A stretch of DNA of 64,000 bases from Escherichia coli (GCF_050320075.1 NZ_CP190021.1); one strand, 5' to 3'. Positions 29,266-37,970 are shown, numbered from the stretch's first letter. Program-made: numbers and translations. Notes: a model not told the origin generated them from the letters alone.

Positions 29266-29281
29266 TATGGAGGATTCGGGA

Positions 29282-29782
29282 ATGTCTGTTGTTGCACCTG
29301 CTGTATACGTTGGAACCTGGCACAAATACAACTGTGGAAGCATCGCCGGACGCTGGTTTGACCTGACCACGTTTGATGATGAGCGCGACTTTTTCGCCGC
29401 CTGCCGTGCTCTTCACCAGGATGAAGCCGATCCTGAACTGATGTTTCAGGATTATGAGGGATTCCCGGGGAATATGGCCTCTGAATGCCATATCAACTGG
29501 GCCTGGGTTGAAGGCTTCCGCCTGGCACGGGATGAAGGCTGCGAAGAGGCTTATCGTCTCTGGGTGGAGGATACCGGTGAGACGGATTTTGACACCTTCC
29601 GCGATGCCTGGTGGGGCGAGGCTGACAGTGAGGAGGCTTTTGCGGTTGAGTTCGCCAGTGATACCGGCCTGCTGGCTGACGTGCCGGAGACGGTGGCGCT
29701 CTATTTTGACTATGAGGCGTATGCGCGGGATTTATTCCTGGACTCCTTCACCTTTATTGACGGTCATGTGTTCCGTCGGTGA
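29282..29782 (+). CDS. ardA: Anti-restriction protein ArdA (type I R-M inhibitor)
   Basis: 166-aa acidic protein [38 protein letters not shown]...; the track ORF 28892-29782 extends upstream through the repeat. Confidence 0.95.
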   Translation: MSVVAPAVYVGTWHKYNCGSIAGRWFDLTTFDDERDFFAACRALHQDEADPELMFQDYEGFPGNMASECHINWAWVEGFRLARDEGCEEAYRLWVEDTGETDFDTFRDAWWGEADSEEAFAVEFASDTGLLADVPETVALYFDYEAYARDLFLDSFTFIDGHVFRR

Positions 29783-29963
29783 TTTACTCCCCCGCTCCGG
29801 CGGGGGTATGGCCTGCCAGGCCGCCGGAAAACCCTGGCAGGCTTACGCCTGCCTGAAATGCAGGAGGGCCGCGCCTGCGGCGCTGCCCTTCCTGCCCGTC
29901 ATGGTGTGAGGCATTTTTCTGTTATGTCGTTTCTGTTGTTCTGATTTCCGGAGGCGGGGACAC

Positions 29964-30465
29964 CTTCGGCTCCCGGCTGCCTGGCGGCATCCGGTCGTCA
30001 GGCCCGACTCCGACAGGCAGCTGCTGGCGCACCCGCCAGTCTCCGCCGAACCCGCTGGCGCGGTTTCGGGCTGCCGCTACGGTCCGATGTCTGAAAAACC
30101 AGGCTTGCAGCGACCGTTCCGGTCGCGCCGCCCCTGTCGCGCCGGAAACGGCGCTCCCTGCACACCTGACGGTGTGTAAGGCCACTGCGCCTGATGGCGC
30201 AGTCAACCCTTCCGCCGCCACCCCTGCGGCCTGTTTCCCGCTGTGGACTTTCCGGGGGCTGGAGTAACCACATCCCGTTTCAGCAGTCCAGGGGAAGATA
30301 TACCGTCCACAAAATTTTTAGCCATAAACCCGGCAAAAAATTTTGCGTCCGCCCCCGGACAGCTGCCCCGTGACGTGGTGACGGACGCCCCATCGGAAAG
30401 GTCCACTGCGGGGAGAAACCCCGAAGAAGTGGACGGCAGAAGGGGCTTTCGCCCCTCCGGGGAGC
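29964..30465. repeat. Leading-region repeat family B, copy 2
   Basis: Aligned by eye to copy 1 over ~500 bp. Confidence 0.65.
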
Positions 30466-30510
30466 AACCGGTCGGCCCGGCGACCTGATTCAGCAGAAGG
30501 AGACGTTTTC

Positions 30511-30945
30511 ATGACAGTCAGCAGCACGATTTCCGTTTTTTGCCGCGACGGGGTGTTCCGTACCGTTTACTGCCACCTGCACGGGGAGCCGACCTGGAAC
30601 GGTCGCATCCTGCATACCCACTATGCCACCGGTCAGCAGGCCGAAGCCCTGGTTGAACACGGTGATATCCGTTGCCTCGGTCCCCGTTGCGACAAACCCG
30701 CCGGGCATACGCTTCAGAACCCGGTGGACGGTGTGACGGCTTATTACGGACGTGACAGTGGTTTCCGGATGGACAGTGAGGCGCGTGAGTACCGTTCTTT
30801 CAGGGAGGCTATTGCCACTGAAAGCACTGAAGAGGTGCGCTTCCATTATGTGTTCATCGACGGCTACTGGAAGGTGATGTACCGCACGCCGGAAGGCTGG
30901 AAGATGAAAGCGCTCGCGCTGGCACTGCGTCGCTGTCCGAAATGA
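30511..30945 (+). CDS. Hypothetical protein
   Basis: 144-aa ORF with GAAGGAG RBS directly after repeat B2. Confidence 0.6.
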   Translation: MTVSSTISVFCRDGVFRTVYCHLHGEPTWNGRILHTHYATGQQAEALVEHGDIRCLGPRCDKPAGHTLQNPVDGVTAYYGRDSGFRMDSEAREYRSFREAIATESTEEVRFHYVFIDGYWKVMYRTPEGWKMKALALALRRCPK

Positions 30946-31038
30946 AAAAAAGGCAGGGCGATAAACCCTGCCTCTCTCCGCCGGCGCTTCCCCGCCAGGA
31001 AGTCCGGCATCTCAATCACTATCTATGGAGATTATGCC

Positions 31039-31305
31039 ATGAGACCATCAATTATCTTCGCAACCGCCGAGTATGTAAAGCGTCTGCGTGAAGAGTGCCT
31101 GCGGGAGAATAAACCCCTGCACCGCCATACCCGCTTCAGACGTCAGGAGCTGGCACAGGATGAGATTAACCCGGACGTCCTGGCGATGAGCGGCCATATC
31201 GCCAGACGCTGCAGTGAGCAGAAGCGGGTGCGTATCCCCGCTATGAAAGTCAGCGAATGGGGCCACCTGCTCCGCGCGCTTGAAATTGAGCGGGTCTGCC
31301 ACTGA
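31039..31305 (+). CDS. Hypothetical small basic protein
   Basis: 88-aa ORF upstream of the Rpn-like gene. Confidence 0.45.
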   Translation: MRPSIIFATAEYVKRLREECLRENKPLHRHTRFRRQELAQDEINPDVLAMSGHIARRCSEQKRVRIPAMKVSEWGHLLRALEIERVCH

Positions 31306-31369
31306 TTAACCCTTGCCGTCTGCCTGTGCAGGCGGCAGGATACGTTCAGACATCTCACCAGGAGGAACC

Positions 31370-32308
31370 GTGAGTCAGAAGAAAACCACCACGACGCCCA
31401 CGCCGCATGATGCCGCGTTCCGGTCGTTCCTGGCGAATCCCGACGTCGCCAGAGATTTTCTGGAACTGCATCTTCCGGCGGAGTACCGGCAGTTGTGCGA
31501 CCTGTCCACGCTGAAGCTGGAACCCGCCACCTTTGTTGAGCCGGACCTGCATCAGTACGCCAGCGATATCCTCTGGAGTGTGAAAACCACCGGGGGTGAA
31601 GATGGCTATGTTTATACGCTCATCGAGCACCAGAGCACCGAAAATCTGTACATGCCTTTCCGCATGTTACGTTACAGTGTGGCGGCGATGCAGAGACATC
31701 TGGAGCAGCACAAAACGTTGCCACTGGTGATTCCTGTACTGTTCTATCATGGTGAGCGCAGCCCGTACCCGTACAGCATGAACTGGCTGGACTGTTTTGA
31801 GAATCCGGCACTTGCGGCTAAAATATACACAAAGCCGTTTCCGCTGGTTGATATCACTGTCGTTGATGACAATGAAATCATGAACCATCGCCGGATGGCC
31901 GCACTGACGCTGCTGATGAAGCATATCCGCCATCGTGACATGATGGAGCTGCTGGACAAACTCCCGCAGGTCATGGTGGAAATTTCAGACGAGCAGGTGC
32001 GTGTTCTGATTCATTACATCGTTAACGCAGGGGACTCTGTATCACCGGAATTTATGCGGGCGCTGGCTGAGCGTCTGCCGCAGCATGAGGATAAACTGAT
32101 GACTATCGCAGAACGTCTTGAGCAAAAAGGTCGCCAGGAGGGCAGGATGGAAGGACGCATGGAAGGACGCATGGAAGGACGCATGGAAGGAGCGCTTGAA
32201 AAAGCCCTGGCTATTGCGTGCCAGCTTCAGAAAATGGGGATGACGCCGGAGCAGATTAAGCAGGCTACCGGACTTTCCGATGACGAACTGAAGAAAATCA
32301 CTCACTGA
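31370..32308 (+). CDS. Rpn (YhgA-like) family PD-(D/E)xK nuclease/recombination-promoting protein
   Basis: GTG at 31370 with GGAGG RBS; N-terminal TPHDAAFRSFL, core YVYTLIEHQSTEN...FRMLRYSVAAMQRHL, recognised from memory as the YhgA/Rpn family. Confidence 0.75.
   Translation: MSQKKTTTTPTPHDAAFRSFLANPDVARDFLELHLPAEYRQLCDLSTLKLEPATFVEPDLHQYASDILWSVKTTGGEDGYVYTLIEHQSTENLYMPFRMLRYSVAAMQRHLEQHKTLPLVIPVLFYHGERSPYPYSMNWLDCFENPALAAKIYTKPFPLVDITVVDDNEIMNHRRMAALTLLMKHIRHRDMMELLDKLPQVMVEISDEQVRVLIHYIVNAGDSVSPEFMRALAERLPQHEDKLMTIAERLEQKGRQEGRMEGRMEGRMEGRMEGALEKALAIACQLQKMGMTPEQIKQATGLSDDELKKITH
32141..32188. repeat. In-frame 12-bp tandem repeat (GGACGCATGGAA x ~4) encoding (EGRM)n inside the Rpn-like gene
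   Basis: Read directly from sequence. Confidence 0.9.
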
Positions 32309-32314
32309 GTAAAC

Positions 32315-32345
32315 ATCACAGCCCGGCAAAATGCCGGGCTTTTTT
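32315..32345 (+). terminator. Rho-independent terminator after the Rpn-like gene
   Basis: AGCCCGGCA-AAA-TGCCGGGCT stem followed by TTTTTT. Confidence 0.7.
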
Positions 32346-32369
32346 GTCAGCAGGAGCAGAGCAAATAGC

Positions 32370-32528
32370 ATGACGATTGCAGAACGTCTTATTCAAAAAG
32401 GCGCACTTGAAGTGGCGCGGGAAATAGCCTGCCGGCTGCGGGATATGGGCTGGACGCCGGAACGGATTCAGGAGGCAACCGGACTTTCCGGTGAAGAACT
32501 GAAAAAGCTGTTTCCTGATGAGCAGTAG
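32370..32528 (+). CDS. Small protein duplicating the C-terminal module of the Rpn-like protein (RpnS-like candidate)
   Basis: 52-aa ORF MTIAERLIQKGALEVAREIACRLRDMGWTPERIQEATGLSGEELKKLF..., parallel to the Rpn tail MTIAERLEQKG...ALAIACQLQKMGMTPEQIKQATGLSDDELKK. Confidence 0.55.
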   Translation: MTIAERLIQKGALEVAREIACRLRDMGWTPERIQEATGLSGEELKKLFPDEQ

Positions 32529-32558
32529 CCTGGCATTCAGCCAGGCTGTGAATCACGC

Positions 32559-32810
32559 TCACACATCCTCTGCCGTTTCCCCCAGTTCATTTTCCAGTCG
32601 CCTGATGATATCTGCCTTACGCATCCCCTGCATGTGAGGCAGCAGGTCACGGACTGAAAGTGCCTGGGTGGTCCTCCAGACGGTGACGTCCACCTGTTCC
32701 GCATTTTCCCAGGCGTGCCATGTTCTCTGCGTCACGCCAAATTCTCTGGCCGCTTTTTCGCGTGACCAGAGCATGCTTTTTCGCCAGATTCGCAGTTCCC
32801 AGCCGGTCAT
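32559..32810 (-). CDS. Small HTH DNA-binding protein (Cro/Xre-like)
   Basis: 83-aa ORF with EFGVTQRTWHAWENA HTH-like segment; twin palindromes in its 5' region. Confidence 0.6.
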   Translation of the reverse strand: MTGWELRIWRKSMLWSREKAAREFGVTQRTWHAWENAEQVDVTVWRTTQALSVRDLLPHMQGMRKADIIRRLENELGETAEDV

Positions 32811-32824
32811 AAAACACCTTTGAA

Positions 32825-32912
32825 AAAGTGAAAAAACTTCACTTTATTTTATCATCACAATTGCCAAATCAGCGCGATAAATAAGTGTAAAAAAGTGAAG
32901 AAATTTCACTTT
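32825..32912. promoter_or_regulatory. Two palindromic operator candidates AAAGTGAA-N5-TTCACTTT (32825-32845 and 32892-32912)
   Basis: Identical 8-bp arms in both copies, 67 bp apart, read from sequence. Confidence 0.6.
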
Positions 32913-33012
32913 TTTTGCTTGTAAATGTCGTGCGGTTTTCTCTGTTTTCACCTGTGCGGGAGTGGTGTGCCAGTGACCACCACATGCCATTGTTGTGCCG
33001 TCGTTTTTCTTC

Positions 33013-33345
33013 AGTCGCGCCGTATGCGGCGCTCCCTGCACACCTTACGGTGTGTAAGGCCACTGCGCCTGATGGCGCAGCTGTCTCTGCCTGTCTGCCG
33101 CCGCACTGCGGCCTGTTCTCCGCAGACGGACTTTCCGGGGGTACATACATGACCACATCCCGTTTCAGTCGTCCAGGGGGGAGATGTACCAGCCACAAAA
33201 CTTTTTGCCGCAGGCGTCAAAAACTTTTGCGTCTGCCCCCGGACAACTGCCCCGTGACGTGGTGAGCGTCCCCCGTCGGAAAGGTCCACTGCGGGGAAAT
33301 CCCCGAAGACCCGGACGGCAGAAGGAGCTTCGCTCCTCCGGGAAA
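33013..33345. repeat. Leading-region repeat family B, copy 3 (partial, 3' two-thirds)
   Basis: Aligns to 23792-24125 of copy 1, including a degenerate version of the hairpin. Confidence 0.6.
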
Positions 33346-33389
33346 TGACCTGGCTGTCCCGGCAGTCGTGACGATGAGGAGACAATGTG

Positions 33390-34238
33390 ATGAATCAGAC
33401 TTTACCCACTGCTGACCTGAATACTGCCGGCACGACAGATGTTATTCCGTCTGTGGCTATCGACCGCATCATCGCGCAGCGTAACGAAGGTATTGCACTG
33501 TTCATGCAGGCGATGGAATGCCTGGCGACAGCGCGCAAGATTCTGCTCGATGCGTCAGGTGATATTTTTCTTTACGGGTTTGAAGACTGCGTGACTGATT
33601 CCGTTCGTCGCATAGATAAACCGGAAGAAGCGAAAAGGAATATCACCCGTCTTGCCGACCGGAAAATCTGGGACCGCCTGATGACAGATACGGGCATGTA
33701 CACCTTCATGAGTTCATGCCAGCGTGATGAGTGGAACAGCCAGCTGATGAGCGACACCTGTCCTGAAATCACCCTGGACAATGTACTGGCAACATTCCGC
33801 CATCTGAATGCCTGCAAGATGCAGACATTTGAACAGGGACTGATTGATGTCTACCGGAAATTGTCATGGGATTACAGAACCAATAATCCCTGCCGTCTGG
33901 GTAAGAAAATCATTATTGAAAACCTGCTGTACCGCTGGAGTAACGGGCGTGTGACGCTGGACTGCAGCGGACGGGAGGCACTGGATGACCTGGTACGTCC
34001 GTTTTATCTGCTGGAGGGGCGCAACGTTCCTGACTTCAGGAACAGTATCGGGGCGCAGTATGGTGAATTTCTCGGGAACGGCGACAATGTCGGTAAGCTG
34101 TTAGAAGGGGAATATTTTACGGTGCGTGGCTACCAGAAAGGGACCGTACACATTGTCTTTAAGCGTTCTGACCTTGTTGAAAAACTGAATGATATTATTG
34201 CACGGCATTATCCAGGTGCATTGCCGCCACGAGTCTGA
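33390..34238 (+). CDS. Hypothetical protein, last leading-region gene before oriT
   Basis: ATG at 33390 with GAGGAG RBS (track ORF 33387-34238 starts at a GTG one codon earlier). Confidence 0.6.
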   Translation: MNQTLPTADLNTAGTTDVIPSVAIDRIIAQRNEGIALFMQAMECLATARKILLDASGDIFLYGFEDCVTDSVRRIDKPEEAKRNITRLADRKIWDRLMTDTGMYTFMSSCQRDEWNSQLMSDTCPEITLDNVLATFRHLNACKMQTFEQGLIDVYRKLSWDYRTNNPCRLGKKIIIENLLYRWSNGRVTLDCSGREALDDLVRPFYLLEGRNVPDFRNSIGAQYGEFLGNGDNVGKLLEGEYFTVRGYQKGTVHIVFKRSDLVEKLNDIIARHYPGALPPRV

Positions 34239-34243
34239 TTAAA

Positions 34244-34282
34244 CAGAAAAGCCCTGGTATTTATGCCGGGGCTTTTTTTTCT
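34244..34282 (+). terminator. Rho-independent terminator
   Basis: AAGCCCTGG-loop-CCGGGGCTT stem followed by a T8 run. Confidence 0.7.
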
Positions 34283-34323
34283 GTAATCATCATAATCTCA
34301 GAACACGATGTGACATTGTCACA

Positions 34324-34665
34324 TCAATTGTTGTTCATATCGATGCCATCTTTCCTGCCTGAATCTGTCTTTTTAGGTGCTGTTTTAGAGGAAGAACGGC
34401 GGGATGGTTTTTTCGATTCTGCTTCCCGAATAATGTCACGAAGTGCCTTCTCTCCTACTTCATACCCTGCATTTTTGAGCGTGTCACGAACATCTGCCAG
34501 TGTATAACCCTTTGTCCTTACCAGGACAATAATGTCATCACGAATGGCATCAAGAAAATCACGCAATGTTTTCCGTTGAGCGGTGAGATCTGGCAATTCC
34601 GATAAAGCAGCTTTTGCCAGCTGGATGTCATCATCTGAGTAAAATTTTTTAGAAGCCATTGGCAC
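34324..34665 (-). CDS. Hypothetical protein with basic C-terminal tail, divergent from nikA next to oriT
   Basis: 113-aa ORF ending ...KKPSRRSSSKTAPKKTDSGRK... Confidence 0.5.
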   Translation of the reverse strand: MPMASKKFYSDDDIQLAKAALSELPDLTAQRKTLRDFLDAIRDDIIVLVRTKGYTLADVRDTLKNAGYEVGEKALRDIIREAESKKPSRRSSSKTAPKKTDSGRKDGIDMNNN

Positions 34666-34718
34666 TTTCTCTCCGTTTCATGTTGAAGTCTGATTTTATC
34701 ATCAAAAACTGACTCCTG

Positions 34719-34846
34719 GCAGGGCTGCGCCCTGCCTCTGCCGTCTGCATAAGACTATGATGCACAAAAATAACAGGCTATAATGGCCTGAAAAACGGGA
34801 CAGGATGTGCAATTGTATAACCGCGCACGCGCGATTATACAATTGC
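34719..34846. other. oriT: oriT region: 8-bp perfect inverted repeat (GGCAGGGC-TGC-GCCCTGCC, 34719-34737) and 18-bp imperfect inverted repeat (34809-34846) upstream of nikA
   Basis: Inverted repeats read from sequence; position upstream of nikAB matches IncI1 oriT organisation. Confidence 0.65.
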
Positions 34847-34891
34847 CTCCTGGTCAGGGCTTCGCCCCGACACCCCAGTAAGGAGCTGACC

Positions 34892-35224
34892 GTGAGTGAT
34901 AAACGTCAAAGAAGTGGTAGTGAAAGACGGCAAAAGACGATCCTGAGAGCGGTCCGGTTCTCACCGGATGAGGATGAAACTATCTGTAAGAATGCTGAAG
35001 ATTCCGGACTTACTGTATCTGCTTACATCCGAAATGCAGCACTGAATAAGCGAATTAACTCCCGTACAGATGATGCTTTTCTGAAGGAGTTAATGAGACT
35101 GGGAAGGATGCAGAAGCATCTGTTTGTTCAGGGAAAAAGAACCGGTGACAAGGAATACGCAGAAGTGCTTGTTGCCATAACCGAACTTACAAATACATTG
35201 CGTAAACAGTTAATGGAAGGTTGA
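34892..35224 (+). CDS. nikA: oriT-binding relaxosome protein NikA
   Basis: 110-aa product from GTG 34892 with AGGAG RBS; the track ORF 34805-35224 is an upstream extension. Confidence 0.85.
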   Translation: MSDKRQRSGSERRQKTILRAVRFSPDEDETICKNAEDSGLTVSAYIRNAALNKRINSRTDDAFLKELMRLGRMQKHLFVQGKRTGDKEYAEVLVAITELTNTLRKQLMEG

Positions 35225-35234
35225 GGATTCTCCG

Positions 35235-37934
35235 GTGAATGCAGTCATTCCGAAAAAGAGAAGGGACGGCAAGTCTTCGTTCGAAGACCTGGTATCCTAC
35301 GTCTCTGTCCGGGATGACATGACCGATGAGGAACTGGATTTATCTTCTTCTTCGCAGGCTGAACAACCGCACCGAAGCCGTTTCAGTCGCCTTGTTGATT
35401 ATGCGACACGTCTTCGAAATGAGTCATTCGTGGCGCTGGTTGATGTCATGAAGGACGGCTGCGAATGGGTCAACTTTTATGGTGTCACCTGCTTTCATAA
35501 CTGTACTTCTCTTGAAACTGCCGCTGCAGATATGGAGTACATTGCCCGGCAGGCACACTATGCAAAAGATGACACTGACCCTGTTTTTCACTACATCCTT
35601 TCCTGGCAGTCACATGAAAGCCCGCGTCCGGAACAGATTTATGACAGTGTACGTCATACGCTGAAATCACTCGGCCTTGCCGACCATCAGTATGTCTCTG
35701 CCGTGCATACTGATACAGATAATCTGCACGTCCATGTGGCTGTTAACCGGGTACACCCTGAAACGGGTTATCTGAACCGGTTATCATGGAGTCAGGAAAA
35801 ACTCAGTCGTGCCTGCCGTGAGCTTGAACTGAAGCATGGTTTTGCTCCGGATAACGGTTGCTGGGTCCATGCGCCGGGAAATCGTATCGTTCGCAAAACT
35901 GCCGTTGAACGTGATCGCCAGAACGCCTGGACACGCGGAAAAAAACAAACTTTTCGTGAGTATGTTGCGCAGACAGCGGTCGCTGGTTTACGCAGTGAAC
36001 CTGTACATGACTGGTTATCCCTGCATCGTCGTCTTGCGGAAGATGGTCTGTACCTGTCTCAGATGGACGGAAAATTTCTGGTGATGGATGGCTGGGATCG
36101 CAACAGGGAAGGTGTACAGCTTGACTCGTTTGGTCCCTCCTGGTGTGCAGAAAAACTCATGAAAAAAATGGGTGACTACACGCCAGTGCCAAAAGACATT
36201 TTCAGCCAGGTGGAAGCACCAGGACGCTATAATCCGGACTTCATTGCAGCTGATGTTCGCCCGGAAAAAATCGCTGAAACAGAAAGTCTGCAGCAGTATG
36301 CCTGTCGTCATCTTGGAGAACGTCTGCCGGAAATGGCACGGGAAGGACGGCTGGAAAACTGCCTGGCTATTCACCGCACACTGGCTGAAGCGGGATTATG
36401 GATGCGTGTTCAGCATGGTCACCTGGTTATCTGTGACGGTTATGATCATAACCAGACTCCCGTTCGTGCTGACAGCGTATGGTCACTGCTGACGCTCGAC
36501 AATGTGAATCAACTCGATGGTGGCTGGCAGCCTGTACCAACAGATATTTTCCGCCAGGTTACGCCAACAGAACGCTTCCGTGGTCGTCGTATGGAGAGCT
36601 GTCCTGCGACCGATAAAGAATGGCACCGTATGCGTACAGGTACGGGGCCGCAGGGGGCTATCAAACGCGAACTGTTTTCTGACAAAGAAAGTCTGTGGGG
36701 ATACAGCATCAGCCATTGTAGCCCTCAGATTGAAGAAATGATCACACAGGGTGAGTTTACCTGGCAGCGTTGTCATGAGTTGTTTGCACAACAGGGACTG
36801 ATGCTACAGAAACAACATCACGGGCTTGTTGTCGTTGATGCTTTTAATCATGAGCAAACGCCGGTGAAAGCCAGCAGCATTCATCCTGATCTGACACTGG
36901 GGCGTGCGGAGCCACAGGCCGGACCTTTTGTGAGTGCTCCAGCAGATTTGTTTGACAGGGTGCAACCTGAAAATCGCTATAACCCGGAGCTGGCTGTCAG
37001 TGACAGGTACGGGGTCAGCAGTAAACGTGACCCAATGCTGCGCCGGCAGCGACGTGAAGCCAGGGCTGAGGCCCGTGCTGACCTGCGTGCCCGCTATCTG
37101 GCATGGCGTGAACAATGGCGTAAACCGGATCTGCGTTATGGGGAACGTTGTCGGGAAATTCATCAGGCATGCCGTCTGCGGAAGTCACACATTCGTGCGC
37201 AGTACGATGATCCGGCATTACGTAAGCTGCATTATCACATTGCAGAAGTTCAGCGAATGCAGGCATTGATCAGGCTGAAAGAAGACATCAGGGATGAGCG
37301 ACAGAAACTTATTGCTGACGGGAAATGGTATCCACCCTCTTACCGTCAGTGGGTCGAAATTCAGGCTGCTCAGGGAGACAGGGCTGCTGTATCGCAGTTG
37401 AGAGGCTGGGATTATCGCGATCGCCGTAAAGACAAGTCACGCACAACGACGACAGACCGCTGTGTCGTGCTTTGTGAACCGGGCGGAACGCCGGTATACG
37501 GTAATACCGGTGATCTCGAGGCCCGTCTGCAGAAGAACGGGAGTGTTCGTTTCCGTGACCGTCGGACGGGAGAGTTTGTCTGTACGGATTATGGTGACAG
37601 AGTTGTTTTCCGTAATCACCATGACCGCAATGCGCTGGCAGATAAACTGGATTTGATTGCACCGGTATTATTCGGGCGTGATCCACGCATGGGGTTTGAA
37701 CCAGAAGGAAACGACAAACAATTTAACCAGGTCTTTGCTGAAATGGTTGCCTGGCATAATGTGACAGGCCGTACCGGTCACGAAGACTACAGGATTACGC
37801 GACCGGACGTGGATCATCACCGTGAAGGAAGTGAACGCTACTACCGCGATTATATCGCGGCGAACAGCAACGATGACGCATCACTGCCTCCGCCGGAGCA
37901 GGATAAACGCTGGGAACCGCCTTCTCCAGGTTAA
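35235..37934 (+). CDS. nikB: Relaxase NikB (MOBP family)
   Basis: 899-aa ORF immediately after nikA; histidine triad region HTDTDNLHVHVAVNRVH. Confidence 0.9.
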   Translation: MNAVIPKKRRDGKSSFEDLVSYVSVRDDMTDEELDLSSSSQAEQPHRSRFSRLVDYATRLRNESFVALVDVMKDGCEWVNFYGVTCFHNCTSLETAAADMEYIARQAHYAKDDTDPVFHYILSWQSHESPRPEQIYDSVRHTLKSLGLADHQYVSAVHTDTDNLHVHVAVNRVHPETGYLNRLSWSQEKLSRACRELELKHGFAPDNGCWVHAPGNRIVRKTAVERDRQNAWTRGKKQTFREYVAQTAVAGLRSEPVHDWLSLHRRLAEDGLYLSQMDGKFLVMDGWDRNREGVQLDSFGPSWCAEKLMKKMGDYTPVPKDIFSQVEAPGRYNPDFIAADVRPEKIAETESLQQYACRHLGERLPEMAREGRLENCLAIHRTLAEAGLWMRVQHGHLVICDGYDHNQTPVRADSVWSLLTLDNVNQLDGGWQPVPTDIFRQVTPTERFRGRRMESCPATDKEWHRMRTGTGPQGAIKRELFSDKESLWGYSISHCSPQIEEMITQGEFTWQRCHELFAQQGLMLQKQHHGLVVVDAFNHEQTPVKASSIHPDLTLGRAEPQAGPFVSAPADLFDRVQPENRYNPELAVSDRYGVSSKRDPMLRRQRREARAEARADLRARYLAWREQWRKPDLRYGERCREIHQACRLRKSHIRAQYDDPALRKLHYHIAEVQRMQALIRLKEDIRDERQKLIADGKWYPPSYRQWVEIQAAQGDRAAVSQLRGWDYRDRRKDKSRTTTTDRCVVLCEPGGTPVYGNTGDLEARLQKNGSVRFRDRRTGEFVCTDYGDRVVFRNHHDRNALADKLDLIAPVLFGRDPRMGFEPEGNDKQFNQVFAEMVAWHNVTGRTGHEDYRITRPDVDHHREGSERYYRDYIAANSNDDASLPPPEQDKRWEPPSPG

Positions 37935-37937
37935 AAA

Positions 37938-37968
37938 AAAGGCCGCGCCAGAATCCGGCGCGGCCACT
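37938..37968 (-). terminator. Stem-loop terminator for the minus-strand trbC operon, at the convergent nikB/trbC junction
   Basis: GGCCGCGCC-AGAATCC-GGCGCGGCC stem; T-run follows on the minus strand. Confidence 0.7.
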
Positions 37969-37970
37969 GT

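Noticed and set aside
28892-29782. 296-aa ORF as the ardA product
   Set aside because: The upstream 130 codons are read through repeat A2; the authentic ArdA start is the ATG at 29282 with an RBS, giving the expected 166-aa acidic protein
32141-32188. 12-bp tandem repeat considered as a CRISPR-like or iteron array
   Set aside because: Unit too short, no spacers, and it is in-frame coding sequence (EGRM repeats) inside the Rpn-like gene
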